Assembly (NCBI GenBank): GCA_040508235.1
Contig: JBEVNG010000374.1
Location: forward strand, 1 to 46,173
Length of the DNA: 46,173 nucleotides
Origin: Polyangiales bacterium
GTDB lineage: Bacteria; Myxococcota_A; Polyangia; Polyangiales; DASUME01
Direction of reading: 5' to 3'
Part shown: positions 9,878-17,256 of the stretch, in pieces
How positions within the stretch are numbered: position 1 is the first letter of the stretch
Layout of the letters: every line of letters starts with the position of its first letter
Position numbers and translations under genes: made by a program
Notes under the pieces: model-generated
What the model was told of the DNA's origin: nothing
Databases searched by the model: none
The model's input: the letters and a program-made list of their open reading frames with translations, nothing else

Positions 9878-10615
9878 TCACGGAAAGAGCGCTGCGAATC
9901 CCGTTGCACCGAGCAACGCCAGCGAGATGACGCGAAAGTGGAGGTGTCCTCCAGCGCGGAAGAGCACGCTCCCGAGATAGCTGCCCACGAACATACACGG
10001 CGCGATGATCAGCACCCACGTTAGCGACGCCGATGTCAGCAGCCCCGCCGGAGCGAGCACGAGCGTTACCTGCGCAACCTGAAGCAACGCGAAGTACGTC
10101 ACGAAGCTCGCACGACTCGTCTCGGCCGAGACGTTGGTCGACAAGAAGTACAACACCACGCGTGGGCCACCGAGGCTGACCGCGCCGTTGAGCACGCCAC
10201 TCACAAAACCAGCGACCACGCGCCAGGGCGGAGCCAGGGGCGTCGACGCGGGCCTGATCAGGGCGAGCCCGAGCGCGGTCCCGATCACCACGAGCGCCGC
10301 GACACGGCGTAGTGCGTCCGACGACAGGTGGACCAACAGCCAGGTTCCCAGCGGCAGCGCCAACACTGCCCCCAGCGCCATTCCCAGCACCGCGCGCAGG
10401 TCGGCTTCACGCCGCAGCCCGATCGCCATCGGCACGCTAGAGACGAACGTCGTCACCACCACCGCGACCACCGCTTCGCGCGCAGGCACGACCAGCGAGA
10501 GCATGGGCACCATGACGAGCGCGGCGCCGAACCCGCTGATGCCGCGCGCGAAGCCACCAACGAGCCCGGTGGCGACGGCAGCAGTGATCTGCGTGAGGAA
10601 CGAGGGAGTGAGCAT
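9878..10615 (-). CDS. TauE/SafE (TSUP) family membrane permease
   Basis: 245-aa polytopic hydrophobic protein. Family-like N-terminus GLVGGFARGISGFGAALVMVPMLSLVV. ATG at 10615. Confidence 0.8.
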   Translation of the reverse strand: MLTPSFLTQITAAVATGLVGGFARGISGFGAALVMVPMLSLVVPAREAVVAVVVTTFVSSVPMAIGLRREADLRAVLGMALGAVLALPLGTWLLVHLSSDALRRVAALVVIGTALGLALIRPASTPLAPPWRVVAGFVSGVLNGAVSLGGPRVVLYFLSTNVSAETSRASFVTYFALLQVAQVTLVLAPAGLLTSASLTWVLIIAPCMFVGSYLGSVLFRAGGHLHFRVISLALLGATGFAALFP

Positions 10616-10653
10616 GATCTTCCCGCTTGGACGGCCCCGGCGCCGGTCTTGGT

Positions 10654-11538
10654 TCAGCGCCCCAGCGCAGTGATCACGGCTGACAGGTCGTCGCGCCCTC
10701 GCCCACGACGCAGCGCGACGTCGTACTGGCGCTCGATCGCCTCCGTGACCGGCACGTGCTGGTCTGCACGTCGTGCGGCATCAAGGACCAGCCGAACGTC
10801 CTTGTGCGCCAGGTCCAGGGGAAAGCAGGGCGTGAACTCCTCGCTGAGCATCATGCGCGCCTTGCCCTCTGCATAAGGCGCCATGAACACGCCTCCATCG
10901 ACCAGGTGCAAGAACGAGCGCGGCTCGACGCCGAGCGCGCGCGCCAGCGTGATCGTCTCGGAGAGCAGCGCGACCATGCCGGTGCTCCACTGGTTGGCGA
11001 CGAGCTTGAGCTTGCTCGCCGCGCCGGCGCGGCCCACCCACACCGTGCGCTCTCCGACGGCCGCGAACACGACCTTGCAGCGCTCGGCCAAAGGCGGCTC
11101 GCCAGCCGCTACGATGGTAAGCGTGCCCGCCTCCGCGGGCTGGCGCGTACCGAGCACGGGCGCGTCGACGAAGTCGATGCCGGCAGCCGCCGCAAGCGCG
11201 GACAGCTCGCGTATCGACTCGGCACCCACCGTGCTCATCTGGATCCAAAGCGCCCCTGGTTCCATCGCCACGAGCGCTTCGGCCATCACCTGCTTCACCA
11301 CGCCGCCGTCCGAGAGCATCGTGATCACGACGTCCGCGCCGCGCACGGCGTCGGCCGGGCAGCTTGCGCACCGCGCGCCCTGAGCTTGCAACGCCCGCAT
11401 CGACTCGGCCGAGCGGTTCCACACCGACACCGGCAGCCCAGCGGCGAGTAGGTTGCGGGCCATCGCACCGCCCATGATGCCCGTGCCGAGCAGCGCGATC
11501 TGGTCGCCTGCCAGCGTGCTCCCGGGAGCGCGCGTCAT
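10654..11538 (-). CDS. NAD(P)-dependent beta-hydroxyacid dehydrogenase (HIBADH / 6PGDH-NAD-binding family)
   Basis: Rossmann motif IALLGTGIMGGAMARNL and catalytic-Lys region GAASKLKLVANQ. ATG at 11538 forms an ATGA overlap with the upstream stop. The upstream 120 aa of the listed ORF are Arg-rich and overlap the VOC gene. Confidence 0.85.
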   Translation of the reverse strand: MTRAPGSTLAGDQIALLGTGIMGGAMARNLLAAGLPVSVWNRSAESMRALQAQGARCASCPADAVRGADVVITMLSDGGVVKQVMAEALVAMEPGALWIQMSTVGAESIRELSALAAAAGIDFVDAPVLGTRQPAEAGTLTIVAAGEPPLAERCKVVFAAVGERTVWVGRAGAASKLKLVANQWSTGMVALLSETITLARALGVEPRSFLHLVDGGVFMAPYAEGKARMMLSEEFTPCFPLDLAHKDVRLVLDAARRADQHVPVTEAIERQYDVALRRGRGRDDLSAVITALGR

Positions 11539-11981
11539 TCGCTCGTCACCGAAGGCTGAAAGCCACCCAGAAACTGCTCGGCGTGGTCCTTGAAGGCCTT
11601 GAACTCGAGCGCGTTCCCGAACGGATCGAGCAGGAACATGGTGAAGTGCTCGCCTTGTTTGCCCACCAGCCTCGCATGAGGCTCCTCCACGAAGCCGATC
11701 GCGTTCTGCTTGAGCCGGTCGGCCAGCTGTTGCCACGACGTGTAGTCGAGGTTGAGGCCGAAGTGCGGCACCGGCACCGCGTGCCCGTCGAAGCAAGAGT
11801 CGGGTGGCGGTGGAGGCGGTGGCGCGATGTGCGCGACGATCTGGTGACCGAAGAAGTCGAAGTCCACGTAGACGTCGGAGCAGCGCCCCTCCGGGCACCC
11901 CAGCACGCCGCCGTAAAAGCGACGCGCCTGATCGAGGTCGGTGACGGGAAACGCGAGATGGAACTGTGAGATCTTGGACAT
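11535..11981 (-). CDS. VOC (glyoxalase / bleomycin-resistance / dioxygenase) family protein
   Basis: MSKISQFHLAFPVTDLDQARRFYGGVLGC is a typical VOC N-terminal beta-alpha-beta module. ATG at 11981. Confidence 0.75.
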   Translation of the reverse strand: MSKISQFHLAFPVTDLDQARRFYGGVLGCPEGRCSDVYVDFDFFGHQIVAHIAPPPPPPPDSCFDGHAVPVPHFGLNLDYTSWQQLADRLKQNAIGFVEEPHARLVGKQGEHFTMFLLDPFGNALEFKAFKDHAEQFLGGFQPSVTSE

Positions 11982-12009
11982 GTTGGTCTTCCGCGCGTAG
12001 GCAGGCAGC

Positions 12010-12771
12010 TCAGGCACGCGCCTGCGTGGGCTCGGCGCGCTCGGTCGTCGGCGCGCTGCGCAGGTCGGCAAAATGCTCGGCGTAGATGTTCTCCCAGAAC
12101 TTGTCGAAGATCGCCTTGGCGTCGCGGTACCCTTTGATCAGCTCGTCGAGCTGCTCGGGGCTGCTGGTGACGAGCGTCTCGACCGATGCCTTGAGCTTCT
12201 CGCGATGCGCGATGTCCACGTCACCCGTGTGGATGTCCCAGAACGTCCAGGACACACGGTCCGAGAGCGCGCGGATCGCAGGGTTGTCGACGAAGTGCGC
12301 GTGCATCGCCGCCAGGTACACCTGGCAGAGGCACTCGCCGCCCATGCCTCGCAGGCCAACCGCGTAGGGGGCGGTGCCCGCGACGACGCGGGTCTGCAGG
12401 TCCAGCAGCAAGCGCATGTTCTCCTGGTTGGCGTCGAGCGCGAGCTCCTCGGCGGGGATGCCGATGCTGAGCAAGAAGTTGTCGTACAGTCTCTCGTGCG
12501 CCGCCTCGTTGTCGCCGTTGCCGAGCTCGTCGTTCAGGAAGTCGGCCAGCAGGCTGCGCAGCTCGCCGAACGGCAGCTTTGCCACCAGCAACGCAAGGTC
12601 GGTGATGTAGAAGATGGTGAAGTAGCGATACTGGACAAAGATCTTGCGCAGCACGGGCAGCGGCACGGTCGCGAGCCGCTTCAGTCGCTCGTCGGCGAGG
12701 TAAGCCGTTTGCGTGCGCGCAGCATCGGCCAACAACCAGAACTCTCGCAGCGAGTCGTCGTGATTCGTCAT
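12010..12771 (-). CDS. Haem-oxygenase-like di-iron (iron-containing redox enzyme family) protein
   Basis: ATG at 12771 preceded by a strong SD GGAGGTGAAGGA. All-helical protein with E-x-x-H type ligand motifs (DELGNGDNEAAHERLYDNF; DIHTGDVDIAHREK). Confidence 0.7.
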   Translation of the reverse strand: MTNHDDSLREFWLLADAARTQTAYLADERLKRLATVPLPVLRKIFVQYRYFTIFYITDLALLVAKLPFGELRSLLADFLNDELGNGDNEAAHERLYDNFLLSIGIPAEELALDANQENMRLLLDLQTRVVAGTAPYAVGLRGMGGECLCQVYLAAMHAHFVDNPAIRALSDRVSWTFWDIHTGDVDIAHREKLKASVETLVTSSPEQLDELIKGYRDAKAIFDKFWENIYAEHFADLRSAPTTERAEPTQARA

Positions 12772-12837
12772 TCCTTCACCTCCGAAGTTGCGCACATCGT
12801 CGTGAGCTCGTGCAGTTGCTTTATGCGCGAACGTTCG

Positions 12838-12883
12838 GCGCAGCCACTACGAGATCTGATAGGTGCGCGCACCGGCGCCTGAG
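12838..12883. promoter_or_regulatory. Two perfect palindromes in the divergent HDO/luxI intergenic region (candidate operators)
   Basis: CGAACGTTCG at 12838-12847 and GGTGCGCGCACC at 12872-12883, inside the 145-bp spacer 12772-12916. No canonical CTG-N10-CAG lux box seen. Confidence 0.25.
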
Positions 12884-12916
12884 ACGCACTGTGTCGCCCG
12901 AAAGGATGGCAAGACG

Positions 12917-13576
12917 ATGGCAGTCTTATCGATCGGTCGACGCAGTGATTTGGGACCCGAGCTCTACGACGCTGTCTGTAGATATCGTCACGAGGTCTTT
13001 GTACGAAGACTTGGCTGGAGCCTCGCACCCGGGCGCCCTGACCACGAAGAGGATGAGTTCGACACCGAAGACACTGTGTACGTGGTCGCCCGCGCACTCG
13101 ATGGTCGCGTTTGCGGGCTCGCGCGCTTGCTGCCGACGACGCGACCGTACTTGCTCGGCAAGGTGTTCCCTCAACTGGTGCGAGGGCCGGCGCCCAGCGA
13201 GCCCACGCAGTGGGAACTGTCGCGCTTCGCGGCCGACGCCGGGTCGGGGCTCGCACGCAGGCTCTTCGCGCGTGCGGTGGACGAAGCGAGCGCGCGCGGA
13301 GCCACGCACTTGGTCGGGGTGTTGTCGACGAGGGTCGAGCGCAGCTGCCATGGCTTCGGTGCGCAGTTGGTGAGGCTCGGCGACGAGGTCAACCACGATG
13401 GCGAGACTATCGTCGCGTGCGCGGTCAACACGCGAGCCGCATTCGTCAGCTCCGGTGCCGCGTGCTATCCGATCATGTTTGGCGTGCCGAACCAGCGCGG
13501 TGTGCCTCGGGACTGGGTCCCGGCGCGTTCGACGCAGTCCGCGCCGACGCGTGCAGCGAGCCTCCGCGTCTGCTGA
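12917..13576 (+). CDS. luxI: Acyl-homoserine-lactone synthase (LuxI family)
   Basis: ATG at 12917 preceded by AAAGGATGG. Family-conserved blocks YRHEVFVRRLGW, EEDEFD, GLARLLPTTRPYLLGKVF and WELSRFAAD. Confidence 0.9.
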   Translation: MAVLSIGRRSDLGPELYDAVCRYRHEVFVRRLGWSLAPGRPDHEEDEFDTEDTVYVVARALDGRVCGLARLLPTTRPYLLGKVFPQLVRGPAPSEPTQWELSRFAADAGSGLARRLFARAVDEASARGATHLVGVLSTRVERSCHGFGAQLVRLGDEVNHDGETIVACAVNTRAAFVSSGAACYPIMFGVPNQRGVPRDWVPARSTQSAPTRAASLRVC

Positions 13577-13580
13577 CGCG

Positions 13581-14321
13581 TCAGGAGGACGCGAGCAGAC
13601 CGAGGTGCACGGCTCTCGCCGCGGCGTGCACCTTGTTCTGCGCGTCCAGCTTCCTGATCGTGTTCTTGATGTGGAAGTTCACGGTATTCTCGGAGATCCC
13701 GATGATCTGCCCGATCTCCCACGACGTCTTGCCCTGGGCGGTCCAGGTCAAGACCTCACGCTCGCGCGCGGAGAGGCGCACCTGCTGCTTCGCGGTGCGC
13801 TCGTTGGCCGTCGCCACCTGGATGCACCCGCGCATGTTGTCCGCGATCCAGCGAAGCCGTGGGCGAAGCCACGTCAGCTCGGCCTCGCTCAGGGCGGTCG
13901 TCTCGCGCGCAACCGAGAGCAACCCGAAGTAACGGGCGTTGCCCCAGGAGGGCGTGGCGATGCCCACGCGCAGCCCCACACTGCGGGCATCGGCCCAGAG
14001 CTCGGTCGCCTCCGCGAACACGCGGTCCGACCACCTCACGGGACTGTCTCTCTGCGCACCCAACGCCACGGTGGGGTCGATGCGAATATAGTCACGCGCG
14101 ATGTAGTGCTTCATCCAGCCGCGCGGATACGAATCGAAGATGGCGTCCTGCTCCTGCCCAAACGCGCTCAGGTGGCGGAGCCCGAAGGAGCAGAAGCTGA
14201 ATCCAAGCTGCTCGGTGAAGGTCCGACCGCGCGCGAACACCTCACCGGGTGTGCTCGCCGCACGCAGCGACTGGAACACGTCCGGCCACCAGGTATCCGA
14301 CGTCGCGCTGGAATCGGCCAT
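13581..14321 (-). CDS. luxR: LuxR-family transcription regulator (autoinducer-binding domain plus C-terminal HTH)
   Basis: Autoinducer-domain signature YPRGWMKHYIARDYIRIDP, VRWSD and GLRVGIATP. HTH region LSAREREVLTWTAQGKTSWEIGQIIGISENTVNFHIKNTIRKL. ATG at 14321 gives 246 aa. Tail-to-tail with luxI, 4-nt gap. Confidence 0.9.
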   Translation of the reverse strand: MADSSATSDTWWPDVFQSLRAASTPGEVFARGRTFTEQLGFSFCSFGLRHLSAFGQEQDAIFDSYPRGWMKHYIARDYIRIDPTVALGAQRDSPVRWSDRVFAEATELWADARSVGLRVGIATPSWGNARYFGLLSVARETTALSEAELTWLRPRLRWIADNMRGCIQVATANERTAKQQVRLSAREREVLTWTAQGKTSWEIGQIIGISENTVNFHIKNTIRKLDAQNKVHAAARAVHLGLLASS

Positions 14322-14327
14322 GACAGT

Positions 14328-14354
14328 ACCCAAACCGTGATGGCTAGTTTGGGT
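14328..14354 (-). promoter_or_regulatory. Stem-loop in the luxR 5' leader, immediately upstream of the start codon
   Basis: Perfect 8-bp arms ACCCAAAC (14328-14335) and GTTTGGGT (14347-14354) with an 11-nt loop. The 3' arm on the mRNA ends 6 nt before the ATG, where an SD would sit. Confidence 0.3.
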
Positions 14355-14512
14355 GGCGCCGTCAAGGCAGAACCAGCTTCGATTCGGTATGAGTGCGAGC
14401 TCCGCATGCGGGGCCGCAAGCGGCATTGCACCTCCGGGGCCGAGCCGAGATGTTGACCTTACAACGGGATGTTTCCAAGGAGCTACGCGGGACTCATCGC
14501 CAACTGCTAGCT

Positions 14513-14608
14513 GATGGGGGAAGAGCGGTCCTGTCTGCTGCGGGCCTTGTGTTTAGAACAGAGCAAGCGGCAGAGCGCGACATGATCGCCTTCCAACAGA
14601 CGCTGTAG
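14513..14608 (+). pseudogene. Relic 3' end of a paralogue of the cytochrome c gene at 1..1245
   Basis: nt 14574-14608 match nt 1211-1245 at 30 of 35 positions, and both end in an in-frame stop. Translation ...GLVFRTEQAAERDMIAFQQTL* compares with ...GVEMFTPEQKRDIIAFLQTL*. There is no haem motif or intact upstream ORF, and local GC is lower. Confidence 0.5.
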
Positions 14609-14645
14609 TCCAATACGCACGCGCCCCCTCCGTTGTGAACCGGCC

Positions 14646-14665
14646 CGCGATTGGCGACAATCGCG
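14646..14665. promoter_or_regulatory. 20-bp inverted repeat upstream of the lipoprotein gene
   Basis: CGCGATTG-gcga-CAATCGCG, 16 nt upstream of the ATG at 14681. Confidence 0.2.
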
Positions 14666-14680
14666 AGGTCAGGGGGATGG

Positions 14681-15175
14681 ATGCGCAGAGCGATCTGGCT
14701 CGCCGCGCTCGTCGTCGCGTGTGGCGATGACGGCGGCGATGCCACGGCCAACAAGAAGCTGAGTGAGCTGGACAGCGAAGAGCTGAGCGAGGTGTGCGCG
14801 AAGGTCGACGCTCGCTTCTCGCGCTTCGAGATCGCGTTCGTGTCCGCGAGCTGCACGCAGACCGCGCTGATGACGCCGTCGACGTGCGAGACCACGCGCA
14901 CGCAGTGCATCGCGGGCACCAACCCGGTCGGCTCGCTGGCGGGCAAGGTCGAGCTCGACTGCGAGGGCACGCCGCTGTCGCTCAACGCCGCGTGCGCGGA
15001 GATCAGCGTCGAGGAGCTCGACACCTGCTCCGATCAGATCATCGACGGCATCGAGGCGCTGTCGGCCAAGATCACCTGCACCGCGGACCTGGCGATGTTG
15101 AAGCCGCCCGAGACGCCGGCCAGCTGCACCAAGCTCGGCACGCGCTGCCCGACGCTCTCTGCGTTCAAGCTCTGA
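14681..15175 (+). CDS. Cys-rich lipoprotein (hypothetical)
   Basis: ATG at 14681 preceded by AGGGGGA. Lipobox MRRAIWLAALVVAC. Ten Cys in the mature part. Acidic, non-Arg-biased composition. Confidence 0.7.
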   Translation: MRRAIWLAALVVACGDDGGDATANKKLSELDSEELSEVCAKVDARFSRFEIAFVSASCTQTALMTPSTCETTRTQCIAGTNPVGSLAGKVELDCEGTPLSLNAACAEISVEELDTCSDQIIDGIEALSAKITCTADLAMLKPPETPASCTKLGTRCPTLSAFKL

Positions 15176-15178
15176 CGG

Positions 15179-16123
15179 CTACTTGCGCAGCGCGTTGTCG
15201 CACTCGCGCTGGCTGGTGAACAGGCGGGCGATGCCGTCCTCCCGCACCTGCGTGAAGCGATGGCGCGCGAAGATCGCGGCCAGGCGCGGCACCTGCGCGG
15301 CACGCGGATCGGGCAAGCACGGACCACAGCTGCCGGGCAGCGCGTCGTGCTCCGCGTTGCGCGGAACGCTGCCGGCGTGCGTGTTGCCGTAGTCGATCGA
15401 GGTCTGCAGGTAGTACGCGGTGCACAGCTCGCACTGCGCGGGCTCGCAGCCCTCGCGCGCGACGCTGGTCCACTGGCAAGCGGGCGCCAGCTGCACCGGC
15501 TGCGACGCGTACACCAGGCCCTGCGCATCGGCGCGCGTCAGCATGCGGTCGAACGGGATGCGCTCCTGGCCGCCGTTCTCGGACGGTGCGCCGCCCTCGC
15601 AGCGGTTGTCCCAGATGCGCACGCCCGTGCTCAGCGAGAGGCGCTGGCTGCAGGCCGATTGCTCGGTGACGTGCCCGCGCGTGTCGAGGTCCGCGAACAG
15701 CCGTCCCTCGTGCGCCTGCAGTGTGAGCGCGATGCAGAAGCCGGCGCGCGGCTTGGCCTCCAGCCAGTCGTTGCGCACGTACAGCGTCACCGGCTGATCC
15801 TCCGCGTACCACGGCGCGTCGATCAGCTTGGGGTTCTCGTCGACCTGGTAGCTGGCCAGCTCCGGGATCTGGGCGCGCGCCCAGCGCAAGGCCAGCTTGC
15901 TGTCGAACGGCTGGCAGCTGCCCTGCTCGCACAGCAGCGTCTGGCCCGCGCTCGACGGCATGCGCGCACAGTCGCGATCGGACGCGCACTGCGGCGCCTT
16001 CCTTGGCGGGGCCGCGGCCGGTTGCGCGACGGGCGTGTTCGCGTCGACGGCGATCGGCTCGGGTTTGCGCGAACAACTCGGCGCACAGAGGAGAAGGAGA
16101 AAGAGAAGAGCTCGCGCCACCAT
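15179..16123 (-). CDS. Cys-rich secreted protein or lipoprotein (hypothetical)
   Basis: ATG at 16123, 7 nt after the kinase stop. Signal MVARALLFLLLLCAPSC. Composition is far more protein-like than the overlapping frames 15165..16202(-) and 15260..17155(+). Confidence 0.7.
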   Translation of the reverse strand: MVARALLFLLLLCAPSCSRKPEPIAVDANTPVAQPAAAPPRKAPQCASDRDCARMPSSAGQTLLCEQGSCQPFDSKLALRWARAQIPELASYQVDENPKLIDAPWYAEDQPVTLYVRNDWLEAKPRAGFCIALTLQAHEGRLFADLDTRGHVTEQSACSQRLSLSTGVRIWDNRCEGGAPSENGGQERIPFDRMLTRADAQGLVYASQPVQLAPACQWTSVAREGCEPAQCELCTAYYLQTSIDYGNTHAGSVPRNAEHDALPGSCGPCLPDPRAAQVPRLAAIFARHRFTQVREDGIARLFTSQRECDNALRK

Positions 16124-16129
16124 CGAACT

Positions 16130-17188
16130 TTAGCGGCGCAGGAACCAATAGCCCGCGAGCGCGATCACCATCGTGCTGACGGCGGCGATGCTCATCAGCC
16201 ACAGTGGACGATGGGCGCCACGAACGGTCACCACGCTGGTGGGGATGGCCGCCTCGCCGCCAAAGCTGGGGATGTCGCTCTGCAGTGCCATACGCAGCGC
16301 GCCGATGGTGCGAAACCGGTGGTCCGGATCGGGCGAGAGCGCCACGCGCAGGACTTCATCCACGTAGGCCGGCACGTCGCCACGGCGATGGTGGATCGAA
16401 GCGAACGTGAGCGCGCTTCCGGTGCGTCCGGCGCGGGTCAGCGCACGCTGCGTGAACGGCGGCTCCGACATCAGCAGGTAGTACAGGATGCAGCCCACCG
16501 AGAACACGTCCGCGCGCGCGTCGACACGCGGGCTGCCCACGGACTGCTCGGGCGCCATGTAGTGCAGCGAGCCCACGGCCATGCCCTCGCGCGTGATCGG
16601 CGCGCCGGTGCGGCCGGTGCGCACGTAGGACTTGGACAGGCCGAAGTCGACGACCTTGCAGTGCAGCCAGCCGTCGCGGCGTCCCACCACGATGTTGCGC
16701 GGCTTGAGGTCGCGATGCACCAGGCCGGCGTCGTGCACGGCATCGAGCGCCGCGCACACCTGCACGATGATCGCGAGCGCGTCGCTCCAGGGCAGGCGCC
16801 CGCGCTGCAGGATCTCCTGCGTGAGGTCGTGGCCCGCCACATGCTCCATGACCAGGAACGGCGCGCCGTTGGCGTGGTGCCCAAAGTCGTAGAGGCGCGC
16901 GACGTGCTCGCTGCGCACGCGGTGCAGCGCGCTGGCCTCGTTGCGGAAGCGACGCTGTGCCTCGCGCATGCGACCCAGGTGCGCGTGCATCAGCTTGAGC
17001 GCCACGCGCACGTCGCGCTTCTCATCCTGCGCCGCGTAGACCGAGCCCATGCCGCCGCGTCCGAGCAGCTCGATCAGGCGATAGCGGTCGCCGACCACCG
17101 TGCCGATCTCCAGGCTCTCCCGCTCGACGCGCACGCCCGTCGTCTCGACGGGTGAGCTGGAGCTCGAAGACACGGAGGAGGCGGTCAC
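16130..17188 (-). CDS. Ser/Thr protein kinase (Hanks type) with a C-terminal transmembrane anchor
   Basis: GRGGMGSVY glycine loop, VALK, HRDLKPRNIVV, DFGLSK and APE (MAPEQ). C-terminal hydrophobic segment LWLMSIAAVSTMVIALAGYWFL. GTG start at 17188. Confidence 0.9.
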   Translation of the reverse strand: MTASSVSSSSSSPVETTGVRVERESLEIGTVVGDRYRLIELLGRGGMGSVYAAQDEKRDVRVALKLMHAHLGRMREAQRRFRNEASALHRVRSEHVARLYDFGHHANGAPFLVMEHVAGHDLTQEILQRGRLPWSDALAIIVQVCAALDAVHDAGLVHRDLKPRNIVVGRRDGWLHCKVVDFGLSKSYVRTGRTGAPITREGMAVGSLHYMAPEQSVGSPRVDARADVFSVGCILYYLLMSEPPFTQRALTRAGRTGSALTFASIHHRRGDVPAYVDEVLRVALSPDPDHRFRTIGALRMALQSDIPSFGGEAAIPTSVVTVRGAHRPLWLMSIAAVSTMVIALAGYWFLRR

Positions 17189-17256
17189 TGTTTCCCGATT
17201 AGCACCATGCGAGGCCCAGCAACAGGGGCCGGTGACCGCAAACGGTCAGCCTCGGC

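Noticed and set aside
10654-11898. Long N-terminal extensions of listed ORFs (also 1641..3695, 6672..7760, 7778..8785, 8724..10019, 13581..14426, 22898..24535, 30112..31311, 30882..32483, 35668..39594 and 36978..40100)
   Set aside because: The extensions overlap the neighbouring upstream gene and are Arg-rich. Internal starts give proper signal peptides, Rossmann N-termini, SD sequences or ATGA/GTGA coupling.
14393-14608. 71-aa ORF as a genuine small protein gene
   Set aside because: Its 5' part lies in the luxR leader, it has no SD, and GC is lower. Only the last roughly 30 codons resemble anything (the cytochrome tail). I interpret it as a relic rather than a functional CDS.
15260-17155. 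631-aa plus-strand ORF, and the 345-aa minus-strand ORF 15165..16202
   Set aside because: They overlap the Hanks kinase and the Cys-rich secreted protein frames. They are Arg-rich with no motifs. The chosen frames have catalytic kinase motifs or a signal peptide.
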